A stretch of 30,630 nt of DNA, taken from Polysphondylium violaceum. Its lineage: Eukaryota. This document shows positions 1-12,178 of the stretch, one piece after another. The notes beneath the pieces are model-generated. The model saw only the letters and a program-made list of their open reading frames with translations, was not told where the DNA came from and ran no database searches. The DNA lies in NCBI GenBank assembly GCA_000277445.1, contig AJWJ01000272.1, positions 1 to 30,630 on the forward strand, read 5' to 3'. The translations under genes were made by a program, and so were the position numbers. The first letter of the stretch is position 1; each line of letters begins with the position of its first letter.

Positions 1-118
1 GTTGTGGAGGATAACCTTGTTGGGGTGGGTAACCTTGTTGAGGTGGATAACCTTGTTGTGGTGGATAACCTTGTTGAGGTGGGTAACCTTGTTGTGGTGG
101 ATAACCTTGTTGAGACAT
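1..118 (-). CDS. Partial CDS (N-terminus; gene continues beyond window start) of a low-complexity protein beginning MSQQ(GYPPQQ)n
   Basis: The reverse complement of 1-118 reads ATG TCT CAA CAA followed by more than 6 tandem GGT TAY CCN CCN CAA CAA units, with the ATG at about 116-118. The repeats differ at synonymous third positions (tat/tac, cca/cct/ccc), which argues for coding constraint rather than a simple satellite. The upstream context (higher coordinates) is A/T-rich. GYPPQQ repeats are known from N-termini of Dictyostelium annexin VII and PEF-type proteins; the identity of this one is not resolved. Confidence 0.5.
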   Translation of the reverse strand, partial: MSQQGYPPQQGYPPQQGYPPQQGYPPQQGYPPQQGYPPQ

Positions 119-1046
119 TATAATTATATATTAAAAAGAAATAATAGTTGAAAAACTAAATAATAAAAACACAATCATTTTTTCCTTTTAAAAGTCCGCC
201 CTAAAAAAAATCTTTTTTTTTTGAAAATTAAAATATTTGAAAAAATTAAAAAATCTTCAAATAATATGGGTGACCTTGAACAAAAAACTGCTAAATCAGA
301 AAGACAAAGATAATTTTATTAAAAAAAAATTGTAATTATTTTATAGAAGGCTGAGTGGGGGCTCATAATTGACAATTATAATATTGATTCACTTTGCTTT
401 GACATGTATTAAATAATGGGTAACAAATGTCAAAAAGTCTGACTTCGATCGTTAAGAAAATCAAATTGATGCCATTTTTCTTCAACTTTTTTTGTTTGAT
501 GACAAAACAGTGAATATTTGGAATTGAAAAAAATCAAGTAAAAGATAAATGTAAATGTTTAACAAATACAATTTATTTTAAAGAAAGAATATAAGCAGCA
601 ATCAATATGTGTATAAACAATATCAAAAAAGAAATTAAAAAAGGAGCACGATCTCTTCTATTTTTGATTGCTACTTTGAAATCTAAAAAATTTCTGAGAT
701 TAGATTTTTTTTCTTGATTTTTTTTTGAAAATTTAACTATTTTTTTTTTTTCAACTTTTTCATCTTACTGAGGAAAAAACTGAGGCAGGGTTGAACTGAT
801 ATTAATACTGATTTTTCACAACATTCATTATTAGTTTTATCATCATTATTAGTTTGTTAATTGTATTGTGCCTAGTATATCTCGTCATTAAAAACATAAA
901 TCTAAAAAATCTTATACATATCACAAATAACAATTAATTACATTTGATTTAGTAGTAGACCATACATACTGATCAATCACAAATATATTCAATCAATCAA
1001 TCCACTTTTTTTTTTTTTTGTTAAAAGTAATTAATAATAAAACAAA

Positions 1047-4000
1047 ATGTCATCAGGTCCTAGAGGAGTTGTTTTAAATAGAGGTGGTGCCGCAAGAGGC
1101 GGAAGAGGCGGAAGAGGTGGTAGAGGTGGAGCTGCTGCAAGAGGCGGTAGAGGTGGAGCCAGTGCTAGACCACCAAGAGAATTTAGCGCTGATCAACCAT
1201 TTGAACCAAAGGTTTATAAGAAACAATCAACCTTTTTTAAGGAATTAAAAGAGAAAAAGATCGCTATTGTTGGATCAGAGGAATTGAAAAAGCTTAAGCT
1301 TGAACTCATTAATTTAGTTTCAGCATCAATGATAAAGGAGCCAAGAATCAATCAATTGACACCAACTCTTGAAACCATCATGACATTGGTTTACAACATT
1401 TCATTCTTTGATCCCGAATTCATCTTGAAATTAGTTCTCTACACTCGTGATGAACTTGGTATCAGAACCATTTCAAATTATTTAATTTGTCTTTCATCCT
1501 TGATCTCCACCACTCAACCATTCCTCAAAAAGTATTTTTCTCAATGCATTAAAATTCCATCTGATTGGTTAGAATTACCAAATATTATTTTTAATTTAAC
1601 AGAGTATGTAGTTTTATCATTTATTTTCTATCAGGATACTAAAAATCAATATACTAATTCCCCAATTATTTATTTATAGTTCAAAATCAATTCCAAAATC
1701 ATTAAGAAATGTAATGGTTCAAAAGTTTCCAGATTTTGATACTTATCAATTAGGTAAATATAATACCGAGGGTAAGATTAAAAGAAACAGAAAGAAATTA
1801 AAGGAAATGATTAAAAAGAATCCAGAGTTAAAAGAGGAATTGGAGAAAAAGAGTGCAAACAATCAAGTTACCTCTTTGAAAAACATGATTAGATTACTTC
1901 ATATCTCTGAGCCAGTCTACAGTGTCATGTCAATTCTTGGCAAGAAATATCCAGCCAGCTATGAGGAATTTATGAAATCTAAATTACCAGGTCAATATGA
2001 ATCAGAGAGAGCTGGAAAGAAAATGAGATTACCTATTCCAGAGACTTGGGAGACCTTGGTATCTGAAAAGGGAAACAAAGCAAGCACTTGGGAAGAGCTT
2101 ATCGATCATAACAAGCTTCCATTTATGGCTATGCTTAGAAACCTTCGTAATATGATGATCACTGGTATTCAACCACGTCACCACAACTGGATCATTAAAA
2201 AGCTGACCAATGAGCAAACCATTGCCAACAGTAAACAATTTCCACTCCGTTTCTTGGCTGCCTACGACAATATTCCAACTGATCAAAAACAACTTTTGGA
2301 ATGGGCCGCTGCCAAAAAGGTCAAGGTTGCCTATAGTCCTTCCAACGATCTTTTCAAAAACTATCGTGCTGCACTCGATACCGCTGTCAAGTTGTCCACC
2401 ACCAACAATGTCAAACCAATTCGTGGCACAACTGTTGTTTTCTGTTATGCTGATTTAGAAGACCAAGATATTTGCAAGTCAAACAACGCCGGTAAATACA
2501 CAATGACTGAGTCTGCCATGCTTCTCAGTTTGATGTGCAAATATGTTTGTGAAGATTGCCAATTGTTTTTGGTCGACTATAAACACGCCGACAAACAAGT
2601 TTACATTCCAGTCAATGATTTTGCCTCTGACTCAATTTTAGAAAACATAAAGTCTCTCAAAGAAATTGTCTCCACTCAATTCAAAGCTGGTCATGCTGTC
2701 TATGAAGCTAGATTTCCAACTGAATTTTTAATCCAAAACTACTTGGGTCCTCAAGTCAAGGTTGACAATATTTTAATATTAAACTCTACAACCATTCAGT
2801 TGGACAGAGAAGTGTACAATAGAAATGTTTTGGACAAATATCGTCAAGACGTCAATCCAGAGCTCTTGTATGTTTCCATTAATCTCAGTGGCAAAACAGA
2901 CAATAGTGTCGCCACTGGTGCCAATCCACCTCCACATCAAAACGATGTCTATATTAGTGGATTTAGTGACTCTATTTTGAAATTCATTGCCGAACGTGGT
3001 GGATCCGATCAACAACTTCAATACATTGAACAAATTGACACCATTAAAAAGATTCCAGAAATTGTCGCTAAAAAACTCTCTCCCAAGGAAACTCTTTCTG
3101 CCACAGATTTGGAGCTTGAAAATCAAATGAGTCAAGTTGATTTAAATAGCCAATCTGTTGCCACTGCCAACAGTATCGTAGAAAGACCTTGGAGAACTGC
3201 CAAAGTCTTCCTTTCATCAACATTTTTAGATATGCACGGTGAAAGAGATTTATTGGTCAAACATATTTTCCCAGAGCTTCGTCAACGTTGTCTCAAGCAT
3301 AGAATTCATTTGACCGAAGTTGATTTACGTTGGGGTATTACAGAAGAAGAATCTGCCAAGAACAAGTCTATTGATCTCTGTTTGGATCAAGTCGATAGAT
3401 GTAGACCATTCTTTATTGGTCTCTTGGGTTCAAGATACGGTTGGACCCCCCGTCGTGATCAAATTCCTGCCGACTCAAAATATGATTGGATTCGTAATTT
3501 ACAAGGCACTCGTTCCATTACTGAGCTTGAAATGCTTTATGCCTCAAACCTTTACAATTCATCCACTCCAAACAACAATTGTTTATTCTATCAAAGAGAC
3601 AACAGCTTTTACGCAACCGTCCCAAAGGAATTTAAAAATCAATTTGAATGTGAAGACAGAGAATCTGCCACCAAATTGGAGGCATTGAAATCCAAATTGA
3701 TAAAATCTGGTGTTGCCAACTACACCTATTCATCAACCTACCACGGCTTAATTGATCAAAAGCCCTCTGCTGGTCAATTAAACGACCTTCATCAAAGAAT
3801 TTTAACTGATCTTTGGAATAGAATTGTTTCCGTATTTTCATTAAATACCAATAGCGCAAGCAATCTTTTAAATCCAATTGATATCATTCAAGAAGAGATT
3901 GATAATCACTTAAACTATGCAGAACTCAAGAATCGTCATTTTGTTGGAAGAAAAGACGAAATCAACTGTCTCTACAAGTTTGCTGATATCTCTCGACCAT

Positions 4001-7000
4001 TTAGCTCAACCAAAGCCAACAAACTTGTTTTCAACAAATCCAATACTTGCTTGGTTGTTGGTAAACCTGGTATTGGTAAAACTGCTCTCCTTGCTCAATT
4101 TGCTAATCGTTCCATCGCCTCTGCATTTGAAGGAAAATCTGCCAAAATTGCCAGACCAGTGGTCATTCAACACTATGTCGGATCAACATCCTCCTCTACC
4201 GATATCAGAAAAACTTTGATCAACATTTGTAATCAAATCAACATTAAATTGCAAATGAACGAAACCATTCCAGTCGAGTACAGTCAACTTAAAATTGCAT
4301 TTGGAAAGATCCTCAAGAAAGCTTCCATCAAAAACTCTAAGCTAGTCATCATTATCGATGGTTTGGATCAACTTGATAAATCTAATCGTGCCAACTCATT
4401 GGACTGGTTACCTACCAACAGTCCAGTTAAATTGATTGTCAGCACAGCCGATGGTGATCCAACTCTCCAAGTACTCAGAAAGAGAAGAGTTGCACCCACT
4501 GAAATTGTTTTACCACAATTGGAACAATCAGATCGTTACAGCTTGGTCAAAGCCAAATTGGATGAATACAAAAAGAAGCTTGACGAATCATTCAATAACA
4601 ATCAAATGAAGATGTTGTTGTCCAAAACAGATGCAAGCAATCCATTGTACTTGATGTTGTGTTGCGAAGAACTCCGTTTCTTTGGTGTGTTTGAGAACCT
4701 CACTGACAAGATTAAGTCCCTCTCTCAAACATTGCCCACTCTTTTTGATGACATTATGACCCGTTTGGAAAATGAACACGGCAAGGTCCTCATCTCTAAT
4801 CTTTTGGGCATCATTGCTTGCTCCCGTGTTTCATTGTACGAGCAAGACATTAGACAACTCTTGGCCAGAAAGGAAATGAACGAAGCTTACTTACCAACCT
4901 CTATTTGGTCCCGTGTTCAAAGAAGCATTCAACCATTCCTCATTGACAGCGTTGACAAGGACAATGACAGTGAAATTGGATTGGAATTCTTCCACAATCA
5001 ATTAAAGATTGCCGTGTTGAAACGTTATCACTCCATCAGTGAAGTCTCTATTCGTATCCACAAGCTATTGGCCGATCTCTACACAACCAGAGCAGATCCA
5101 CACCACAATGCCTCTTGGAATGGTAAGGATTCCACCGCTTTCTCTGAGCTCCCATACCATCTCTTGAAAGCCCGTCTCTTTACCACTTTGGACAACACTT
5201 TGTGTAGTTTGAAATTCATTGAATCCAAATGCAAGTTTGGTCTCACCTTTGAGCTCTTGAATGATTATCTTGAAATCCTCGACGTTGGTGAAAAGGTTAC
5301 CTTGAATTCTCCAATCAAGTTGATCAAGAGTAAAGATACCATTGCTCACTTTAATGATTTCTATACCTTTGTCAGTGCTAACACCCACATCATCTCCAAG
5401 AGTCCAAATCTTGTCTTCCAACAAGCATACAACCAACCTTCTAGTTCCTATTGCCACAAGGTTGCCAAAGAATCTATTCCATCTCCAAACTCTAACAAAC
5501 CTTGGTTAGAGTACTTGAACAAGCCACAAGAAAAGAGCAACTGTAAACAAACCATCACTGGTCTTCAAGACGGTGCCACAGCTGTTGCCTACAGTCGTGA
5601 CGGTAGTTTGATTGCCTCTGCTGGTAAAGATTGCATTATTAGAATCTTTAAGGCTTTGAATGGATCTGAAATCCTCACTCTTACTGGTCACACCAATTGG
5701 ATCAGTAGCTTCTCCTTTTCCGAGGATAACAAGACATTGGCTTCATCTAGTTGGGATGAAACTATTATTGTTTGGGATTTGGTCGTTGGAAACCAAATTG
5801 CCAAGATTAGCGATCACAACCGTGCTGTCAACTATGTCGAGTTTTGTCCAATCGACAAGAATATCCTTCTCTCTTGCTCATGGGACTCAAGCGCCATGCT
5901 TTACAATCTCTACGACAAAAAGATTCATCGTATGTTTAAGAACGCTCACAGTAAACCAATCAACGCCTGCTGTTGGTCCAACGATGGAACCAAGTTTGCC
6001 ACATGCTCTTGGGATTCCAGTATCAAAGTATGGAATGCCACCACCACATTATTTAATGAAAGACTAATCTCTACCATTAAATTGGACGCCTCTGTCGCAA
6101 CATCATCATTCAAGTCTATCAAGTTTAGCGCCAACGACAAACAAATCATTGCAACCACTATGAGTGGCTCAGTCATGTTGTTTGATATCGGTTCCAGCAG
6201 ATTTATCTCTGAGATTGGCAATCACTCGAAATCCATCAACCATTGTGCATTCTCTGACAATGGTCAATATATTGCCACAAGCTCAGACGATGGCACCGTA
6301 AAGATCTGGGGCTCGCAATTGGGCCAAGAGCTCAACACCATTCAATTGGAGGATGGTTGGATCAACTGTTTGGTCATCAACAAGAACATCATGGCTGCCG
6401 GTTGCTCAGATTGCAGTGTTAGACTCTATGACATTGGCCTCAAAGTCCCAAGACTCTTAGCCATTCTCAAGGGCCACACCAGATCCATTTCTGGTATTAG
6501 TTTGTCTGCCGATAATACAAAATTGGCATCCACTTCTGAGGACTTGTCCATTATCGTTTGGAATCTTGCCACAAACAAAATACTATACACCTTGGCTAAA
6601 GCCCACAACGATCCAATCAATAGCGTAAACTTTAACCACGATGGCACCTTGCTTATCAGTTCCTCTGATGACTATAGCACCAAGGTGTGGAATGGTACCT
6701 CTTTCAAACTCTTACAATCCAACACCAACACCATCAAATACTCTACCTTTTCTCCAAATGGTGAATACATTGCCACTGTATCCCGTGACAAATCCATCAC
6801 TGTCTATTTGACCTCATCATTAAAAGAATTGTTTAAACTCAAAGGTCACACTGATTGGATCAATTTCTGCACCTGGTCCCCAGATTCCAAGAAATTGGTT
6901 TCCGGTGGCTGGGATTTCAATCTCCGTGTATGGAACATCAAAAAACGTGCTGAAGTACTTTGTCTCAAAGGTCATCAAGGCTCCATCGAAAAGGCCTACT

Positions 7001-8211
7001 TTACTCCTGACCAAAAGTACATTATCAGTTGTTCATTTGATGGCAGCGTAAAGGTTTGGGATGCTTCTGTTGGCTCTGAAATCACCAGTCTTTCTCACAA
7101 GGCCCGTATCAGTGATCTTGCCCTCACCGCCGATGGAAAGGTGTTCTCTTGCTCTGACGATGGCGAGTTGAAATCATGGAGCCCTGTCAGTGGTAAATGC
7201 TATGCAACTCTTACCGGTCACTCTGGTCCAATCAAACAATCTGTTTTCGCCCCATCCTCCGGCTCTGGCTTCTTTTCCTCCTTTGGCAGTGGAAATGAAA
7301 CTGCTACTCCACAAACTCTGGTCAGTGCTTCCTTTGATGGCTCGTTAAAGGTTTGGGATTTCAACGAAAAGTCTTCTGTCGCTCCACCACATCAAGGATA
7401 CATCAACTGCTGTGCTCTCTCAAAGGATGGCTCTAAATTGGTCACTGTTGGCCAAGATAAATTGGTCCACCACTGGAATGTATCTACCCGTCAAATTGAA
7501 AAGACCCAAACACTCGACTCCCCAGCTGTCACCTGCGCCATCACCAGCAGTGGCAGTGTGTTCTTGGGCCTAGAGAATGGAAAGACCTTTATCGACGGTG
7601 TTGAAGGCACAGACTTTAAGACCAAGGTCACCGCATCGGTCTCCTATCACGGCGATGATTCAGACGTGGTCCTTTTATCTGGCTGGGACAGAAACATCAG
7701 AGTCTATGCTACCACCGCCGAGTCTTGTGTCAATCTCCACGTTGCCCCCGACTGGGTCGAGTGTTTGGACCTCTCAGCCGACGGCCTCACCCTCGCTGCC
7801 GCCGGTAGAATGAATGAATTCTATGTGATCAAATCACAAGATCTCGGTACCGCCAACTATGCCACCCCCTACACCTGCTCCACCACAGCCGTAGCCTTGT
7901 CTGCCGACACCAACGAAGTGGCTCTTGGCTCATTTAATGGCGAAATCTACATTTTCAACCGATCAACCTACCAATCCAGACTCATTCCAACCAGCACCAA
8001 ATACTCAATCACCAAACTCCATTTCCTCGACAAACACAGACTCTTGGCCACCTCTCTCGACAACTCTTTGTTGGTAATCAACCTCTTGACCAACACCATC
8101 GACACTGAATTCGTCCACAACTCCCCAGTCACCTTTATGTCTATCCACAAGAACTTACTAGTCACCACCGATAGTAATGGTCAAGTTTACTTTTTAAATT
8201 TAAATAAATAA
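1047..8211 (+). CDS. tep1: Telomerase/vault-associated protein 1 (TEP1) ortholog with RGG-box N-terminus, TROVE, DUF4062, NACHT NTPase and multiple WD40 repeats. Exons 1047..1603 and 1680..8211; intron 1604..1679 runs GTATGTAG...TTTATAG.
   Basis: Track ORFs 1047..1679 and 1714..8211 join through a canonical 76-nt intron. Exon 1 ends in phase 2 (ga|) and exon 2 supplies t, giving ...NLTD SKSIPKSLRNVMVQKF. The stop of ORF 1 is the TAG of the acceptor. The joined protein is about 2362 aa. It shows conserved TEP1 blocks: DTYQLGKYN, KGNKASTWEELIDHNKLPFMAMLRNLRN, DUF4062 (KVFLSSTFLDMHGERDLLVKHIFPELR), NACHT Walker A (VVGKPGIGKTALLAQFA), Walker B (LVIIIDGLDQLD), ESFNNNQMKMLLSK..NPLYL, more than 12 WD40 repeats, and the C-terminal GQVYFLNL matching human ...GNVYFLNWE. 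The ATG sits in an aaaaATG context. Confidence 0.9.
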
Positions 8212-8707
8212 GAATTTATTTATCTTATCTTGATTTGTTTATCTTTATTATATATTGTCATCGCACAAGTATAGAACTTTTCAAATCCCTTTATATTATT
8301 CCTAATCAGAAAACAGATGATTGACAATGAAAAACCTATGGTCTTTATTCTCAGTAAATATAAACAATTATCAATAAATATAATTATCACTTTAACAGTA
8401 TAATCAATTTTTAATTAATGAATTCAATTGAATATTGATTGTTATTTTAAATTAAAGTTTAAAAAATTGGTTTGTTTAGTATTTTTTAAGGATAATTTTC
8501 TTGATAAATATCTACTTTATTGGGCAAGGGAGTGGGTTTTTTTTCAAATTTACTAAAGAGTAAGGGGGGGTGGGGGTGTGTGGTTTTTTTTCAAATTAAA
8601 TTAATATTTCCTATTTTCTCTTGATCAATTCATATTAAAATTACCACTACATTGTTGTGTATATATATAAAAGAGATAAATAACACTATTATTATAAAAG
8701 TAAAAAA

Positions 8708-9106
8708 ATGGATGGACCAAAAGCAAGTCAATTAATCTATGAAGTATCAGTTCAAGTGGACAAAAAGATTGTTGTTGAATGGGAGAAATGGATTGTAGAG
8801 CACATCAATCAGATTGTATCACTAGATAACGGTACCTTGTTTTCAAAGGGACACTTATGTAAATTGGATCAATCATTTGACAGTGCCAACGAAACTGATT
8901 GCTCCCACATTGGTTTTGTTATTCATTACTATTCAAATTCAAAGCAATGTTTGAATACCTATTTTGACAAACACGCTCCTCTATTAAGAAAAGATGGTCT
9001 AGATAGATTTGGTGATCAATTTAAAGCCACTCGTAGAGTATTTGTCATTGAAAAAGAAATCACTGCTCCTCCACCTCAATCTTCAAGCTTTGGTTATGTT
9101 TTTTAG
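8708..9106 (+). CDS. Small conserved hypothetical protein (132 aa), DUF4286-like (pattern YEVSV...EW..W..EH ... RFGDQFKATRRVF)
   Basis: The ORF is intact with an aaaaaaATGG start context, flanked by AT-rich DNA. Its composition is not low-complexity and the codon usage is typical. The conserved-looking C-terminal RFGDQF..R motif is recalled from the DUF4286 family; no search was run. Confidence 0.55.
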   Translation: MDGPKASQLIYEVSVQVDKKIVVEWEKWIVEHINQIVSLDNGTLFSKGHLCKLDQSFDSANETDCSHIGFVIHYYSNSKQCLNTYFDKHAPLLRKDGLDRFGDQFKATRRVFVIEKEITAPPPQSSSFGYVF

Positions 9107-9618
9107 ACATCCTGTCTGTCTGCCTACCAACATATCGCCTCCCCCATCATGTATATATTTGACACAGCGACATATGTTCAAGCAACCATCATCATCATTT
9201 CCCTAATCTAATCAATAAACAATAAACAAATAAATAAATCTTGCACACTACGACCTAAAAACTTGAATATTGTGCAATTTTAAAATCACAAGAAAAAAAA
9301 AAAAGAAATAATTGGTCATTCATAAATCATCTCTTGGGTGCACTGCAATTTAATTTAAATATTAATATCAGTGCTCCGCCAAAAAAAGAATAATAATAAC
9401 GTCATCATTTGGATCCAACTACCAATGATGGTTTATGAAAAAAAAAAGCAAACGTTTTGTGTTTTTTTTAAAAATTAATTTTAAATTATTTTTTTATCAC
9501 GGCGAGTCGTGTTTTTCGTCTTTTTTTTTTTTGATTTATTATTATTTTTGTTTTTTTGGCTTAGCAGTTCTATTTCACAGAGATATATATATCAATATAA
9601 CTCTTTATATTTATAAAT

Positions 9619-11560
9619 ATGTTTCGTTTATTTAAAACTACTACTACAACTCCTCTTTTTGTATGTGTTGATTGACAATGGGCCATCAATAAAGAAATTG
9701 GATCATTGATCATTGCCAATATAGGAATACGGTTATTAATATTATTATTTTATACAATATAGAATTTAAGAGGATTATTTAACACCACTCAAACTAGATT
9801 GATTGGTTCATCATCATCATCAAATAGAGGAATTTCATTTGGTGCTCAAAACAATAACAATAGCAATTACAGAAGCAATCAATTCAGCAGAAGTAACAAT
9901 AATAATAACAACTATAACAATAACAATAACGAACAAGATGATTTTTCATTTATTGAAAGTTCAGGAGGTCGTGGTAAAATTTTAGGAGATAATAATTATA
10001 GAATTGACAAGAGAGTCACCGATTGGGAAAGAGAAACATTGGCAGAAATTAAAAAACAAATATATACACCAAGTGAACCAGTAGACACTAAAGTTATTAA
10101 TCAATTTCTTGCAGACAATAATATTGCCGTTGAATCACGTCAACAAATCCCAATGCCAATGACAACTTTTGAAGGAACCCCATTCAATGAAAAGATTGTT
10201 CGTATGTTGAAATCTACATTTGACACACCAACCCCAATTCAACAATTGGGTTGGTCCATTTCATTGACTGGTGAAGATTTTATTGGTATCTCAAAGACTG
10301 GTTCAGGAAAAACATTGTCATTTGTGTTACCAGCCATTCACCACATTCACAATCAAGCCAGATCACACACCTATCTTGGACCAAGTGTATTGATCATTGC
10401 TCCAACTAGAGAACTTTCAACTCAAATCGCCGCTGAATCAAAACCATATTTACAAGCATTAAATATGAGATATGCCTCTTTATATGGAGGTGAATCAAAA
10501 TCCTTACAAACTGCCCAATTAAGAAAACAACCACAATTCATTGTTGGTACTCCAGGTCGTATCCTTGATCATCTCAATGATGGTACTCTTTCATTAAAAA
10601 ATATTTCATTTTTAGTTTTAGATGAAGTATGTATAGTGTTATTATGATTGCTATTAGCCTGTATACTAACAAATATTAATTCATCATTAAAAATAATAAT
10701 AATAATAATAATAATAGGCTGATCGTATGCTGGAAATGGGTTTTGAATCACAAGTTAGATCACTTTTTGAAAATATTAGACCAGATAGACAAGTATTATA
10801 TTGGTCAGCAACATGGCCAAGCAAGGTTATGAATTTAGCAAATGAATTTATTATTAATCCAATTAAAATCCAAGTCGGTAACAATGAATTGACTGCCAAC
10901 GATGCAATTAAACAAAACTTTAAATTTGTTGAAACCGAAGCTCATAAAGCAACCGCTCTTTTAGATACAATGGAAGAGATTTACACAAAGAATCCAGAAG
11001 CCAAAACTTTAATTTTCACAATGACCAAACAAGGTGCCGATAAACTCAAAGAATACCTCACTAAAAAAGGTAACGCCCGTATAGAATCACTTCATGGTGA
11101 TAAAGCTCAAAATCATCGTTCAAGAATCATTGATGACTTTAAAAAGAACCATATTGATATTTTGGTTGCTACAGATGTTGCCTCTAGAGGTCTCGATATC
11201 AAAGACATTACAGATGTAATTAATTTCTCTATGCCACCACAAATTGAAAACTATGTACATCGTATTGGTCGTACCGCCAGAGCTGGTGCCACCGGTCACT
11301 CACACACTATTATTTCAAAATCATCTGTCAACGATATGGAACTTTTAAATGAATTAATTGATCTCTTGGAAAGAAGCAATCAAGAGGTACCAAGAGAAAT
11401 GGTTGAATTAGCCCCTCAAAAGAATAACAAAAGATATAACAACAACAACAACAACTACAATCGTAATCGTAATAATAACAACAACCGTCGTGGTGGCGGT
11501 GGTGGTGGTGGTTACCGTAGCCAAAGAAGTGGCCCAATCTCTTTTGGTGGTAAAAAATAA
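9619..11560 (+). CDS. DEAD-box ATP-dependent RNA helicase. Exons 9619..9660 (tentative, MFRLFKTTTTTPLF), 9763..10626 and 10718..11560.
   Basis: Track ORFs 9799..10647 and 10727..11560 carry motifs Q (TPTPIQ), I (SKTGSGKT), Ia (PTRELSTQI), Ib (GTPGRILD), II (split across the intron), III (SAT), V (ILVATDVASRGLDI) and VI (HRIGRTARAG). The intron 10627..10717 (GTATGTATAG...AATAATAG) falls between codons E and A of D-E-A-D, with exact phase-0 continuity. The only in-frame ATG upstream of the conserved core is at 9619, followed directly by GTATGTG (a donor) and an acceptor ATATAG at about 9762. This yields an N-terminal MFRLFKTTTTTPLF|NLRGLF... basic, hydroxylated presequence. The N-terminal region is N-rich, and the C-terminus has an N-rich plus RRGGGGGGGYR tail. 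Confidence 0.8.
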
Positions 11561-12087
11561 TTGCTCTTTTTTTTTTGATTGATTGGTTGATTCAAGTAGA
11601 GGATTTAGAAAAAAAGGAAAAAGAAAAAAAACAGTTGTAAAATGACCTACCCACATTTATTTCTATTTATGATGATCATCAAACTTTTTATTTTTTGTTT
11701 GGGACTAGATCAGATTCACGATTCAATTTTTTTACTTTTTTTTATTCAATAAACCTATACCTTATTAATCCAAAATAGATATTTTTTTTAAAAAGTGTGT
11801 TAAAATTAGATTATTGATATATGTCAAAAGAAGATATGAAAAATCCATTCCTGAACCACTCAATCCATCAAAAAAATAAATGAAAAAAAATCAAGGAAAT
11901 CTTTTTTTTGAAATTTTTTATTTTATTTTTTTGGGGATGATCAAAAAAAAAAAGAAGAAAGAGGAGAAAAAAATCTTCTTGTTTTTTTTTTTTTTTTTCT
12001 TGTGTGAAAACCCTTTTTGTACATATAATTTATTTATTTCTTTTACATTTACTGTCTATAGGTAAGTTATACATATAATAAGAAAAC

Positions 12088-12178
12088 ATACGTTCACACT
12101 CACACCACTCACACTACACAACCTTTAACAATAATCACCCATTTTTTCACACACATCTCTGCTCTGTGTGTGAGTGTT
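12088..12178. promoter_or_regulatory. CA-rich block (cacactcacaccactcacactacaca) paired about 40 nt downstream with its GT-rich partial reverse complement (ctctgtgtgtgagtgt), 330-420 nt upstream of the rasB-like ATG
   Basis: A GC-enriched island in an otherwise AT-rich intergenic region. The two arms can form an imperfect hairpin, and they resemble the GT/CA-rich (G-box/CAE-type) elements known from Dictyostelium promoters. Confidence 0.35.

Noticed and set aside
1047-1679. Track ORF of 210 aa (RGG-rich) as a stand-alone gene
   Set aside because: Its last 25 codons run through a GTATGTAG...TATAG intron, and its stop codon is the acceptor TAG. It joins in phase to the TEP1 ORF, so it is exon 1 of tep1.
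2029-8168. About 17 short ORFs on both strands inside the TEP1 coding region (for example 2029..2292 -, 3320..3688 +, 5065..5457 -, 7577..7813 +)
   Set aside because: These are shadow or alternative-frame ORFs within a long conserved CDS, with no independent start context or homology.
9435-9635. Low-complexity ORFs in AT-rich spacers (9435..9635, 11880..12065, 12170..12412, 13212..13463, 17778..18026, 10569..10899, 11328..11656)
   Set aside because: Their translations are poly-F/K/Y/I homopolymeric junk from A/T runs. They overlap introns, UTRs or the antisense strand of real genes.
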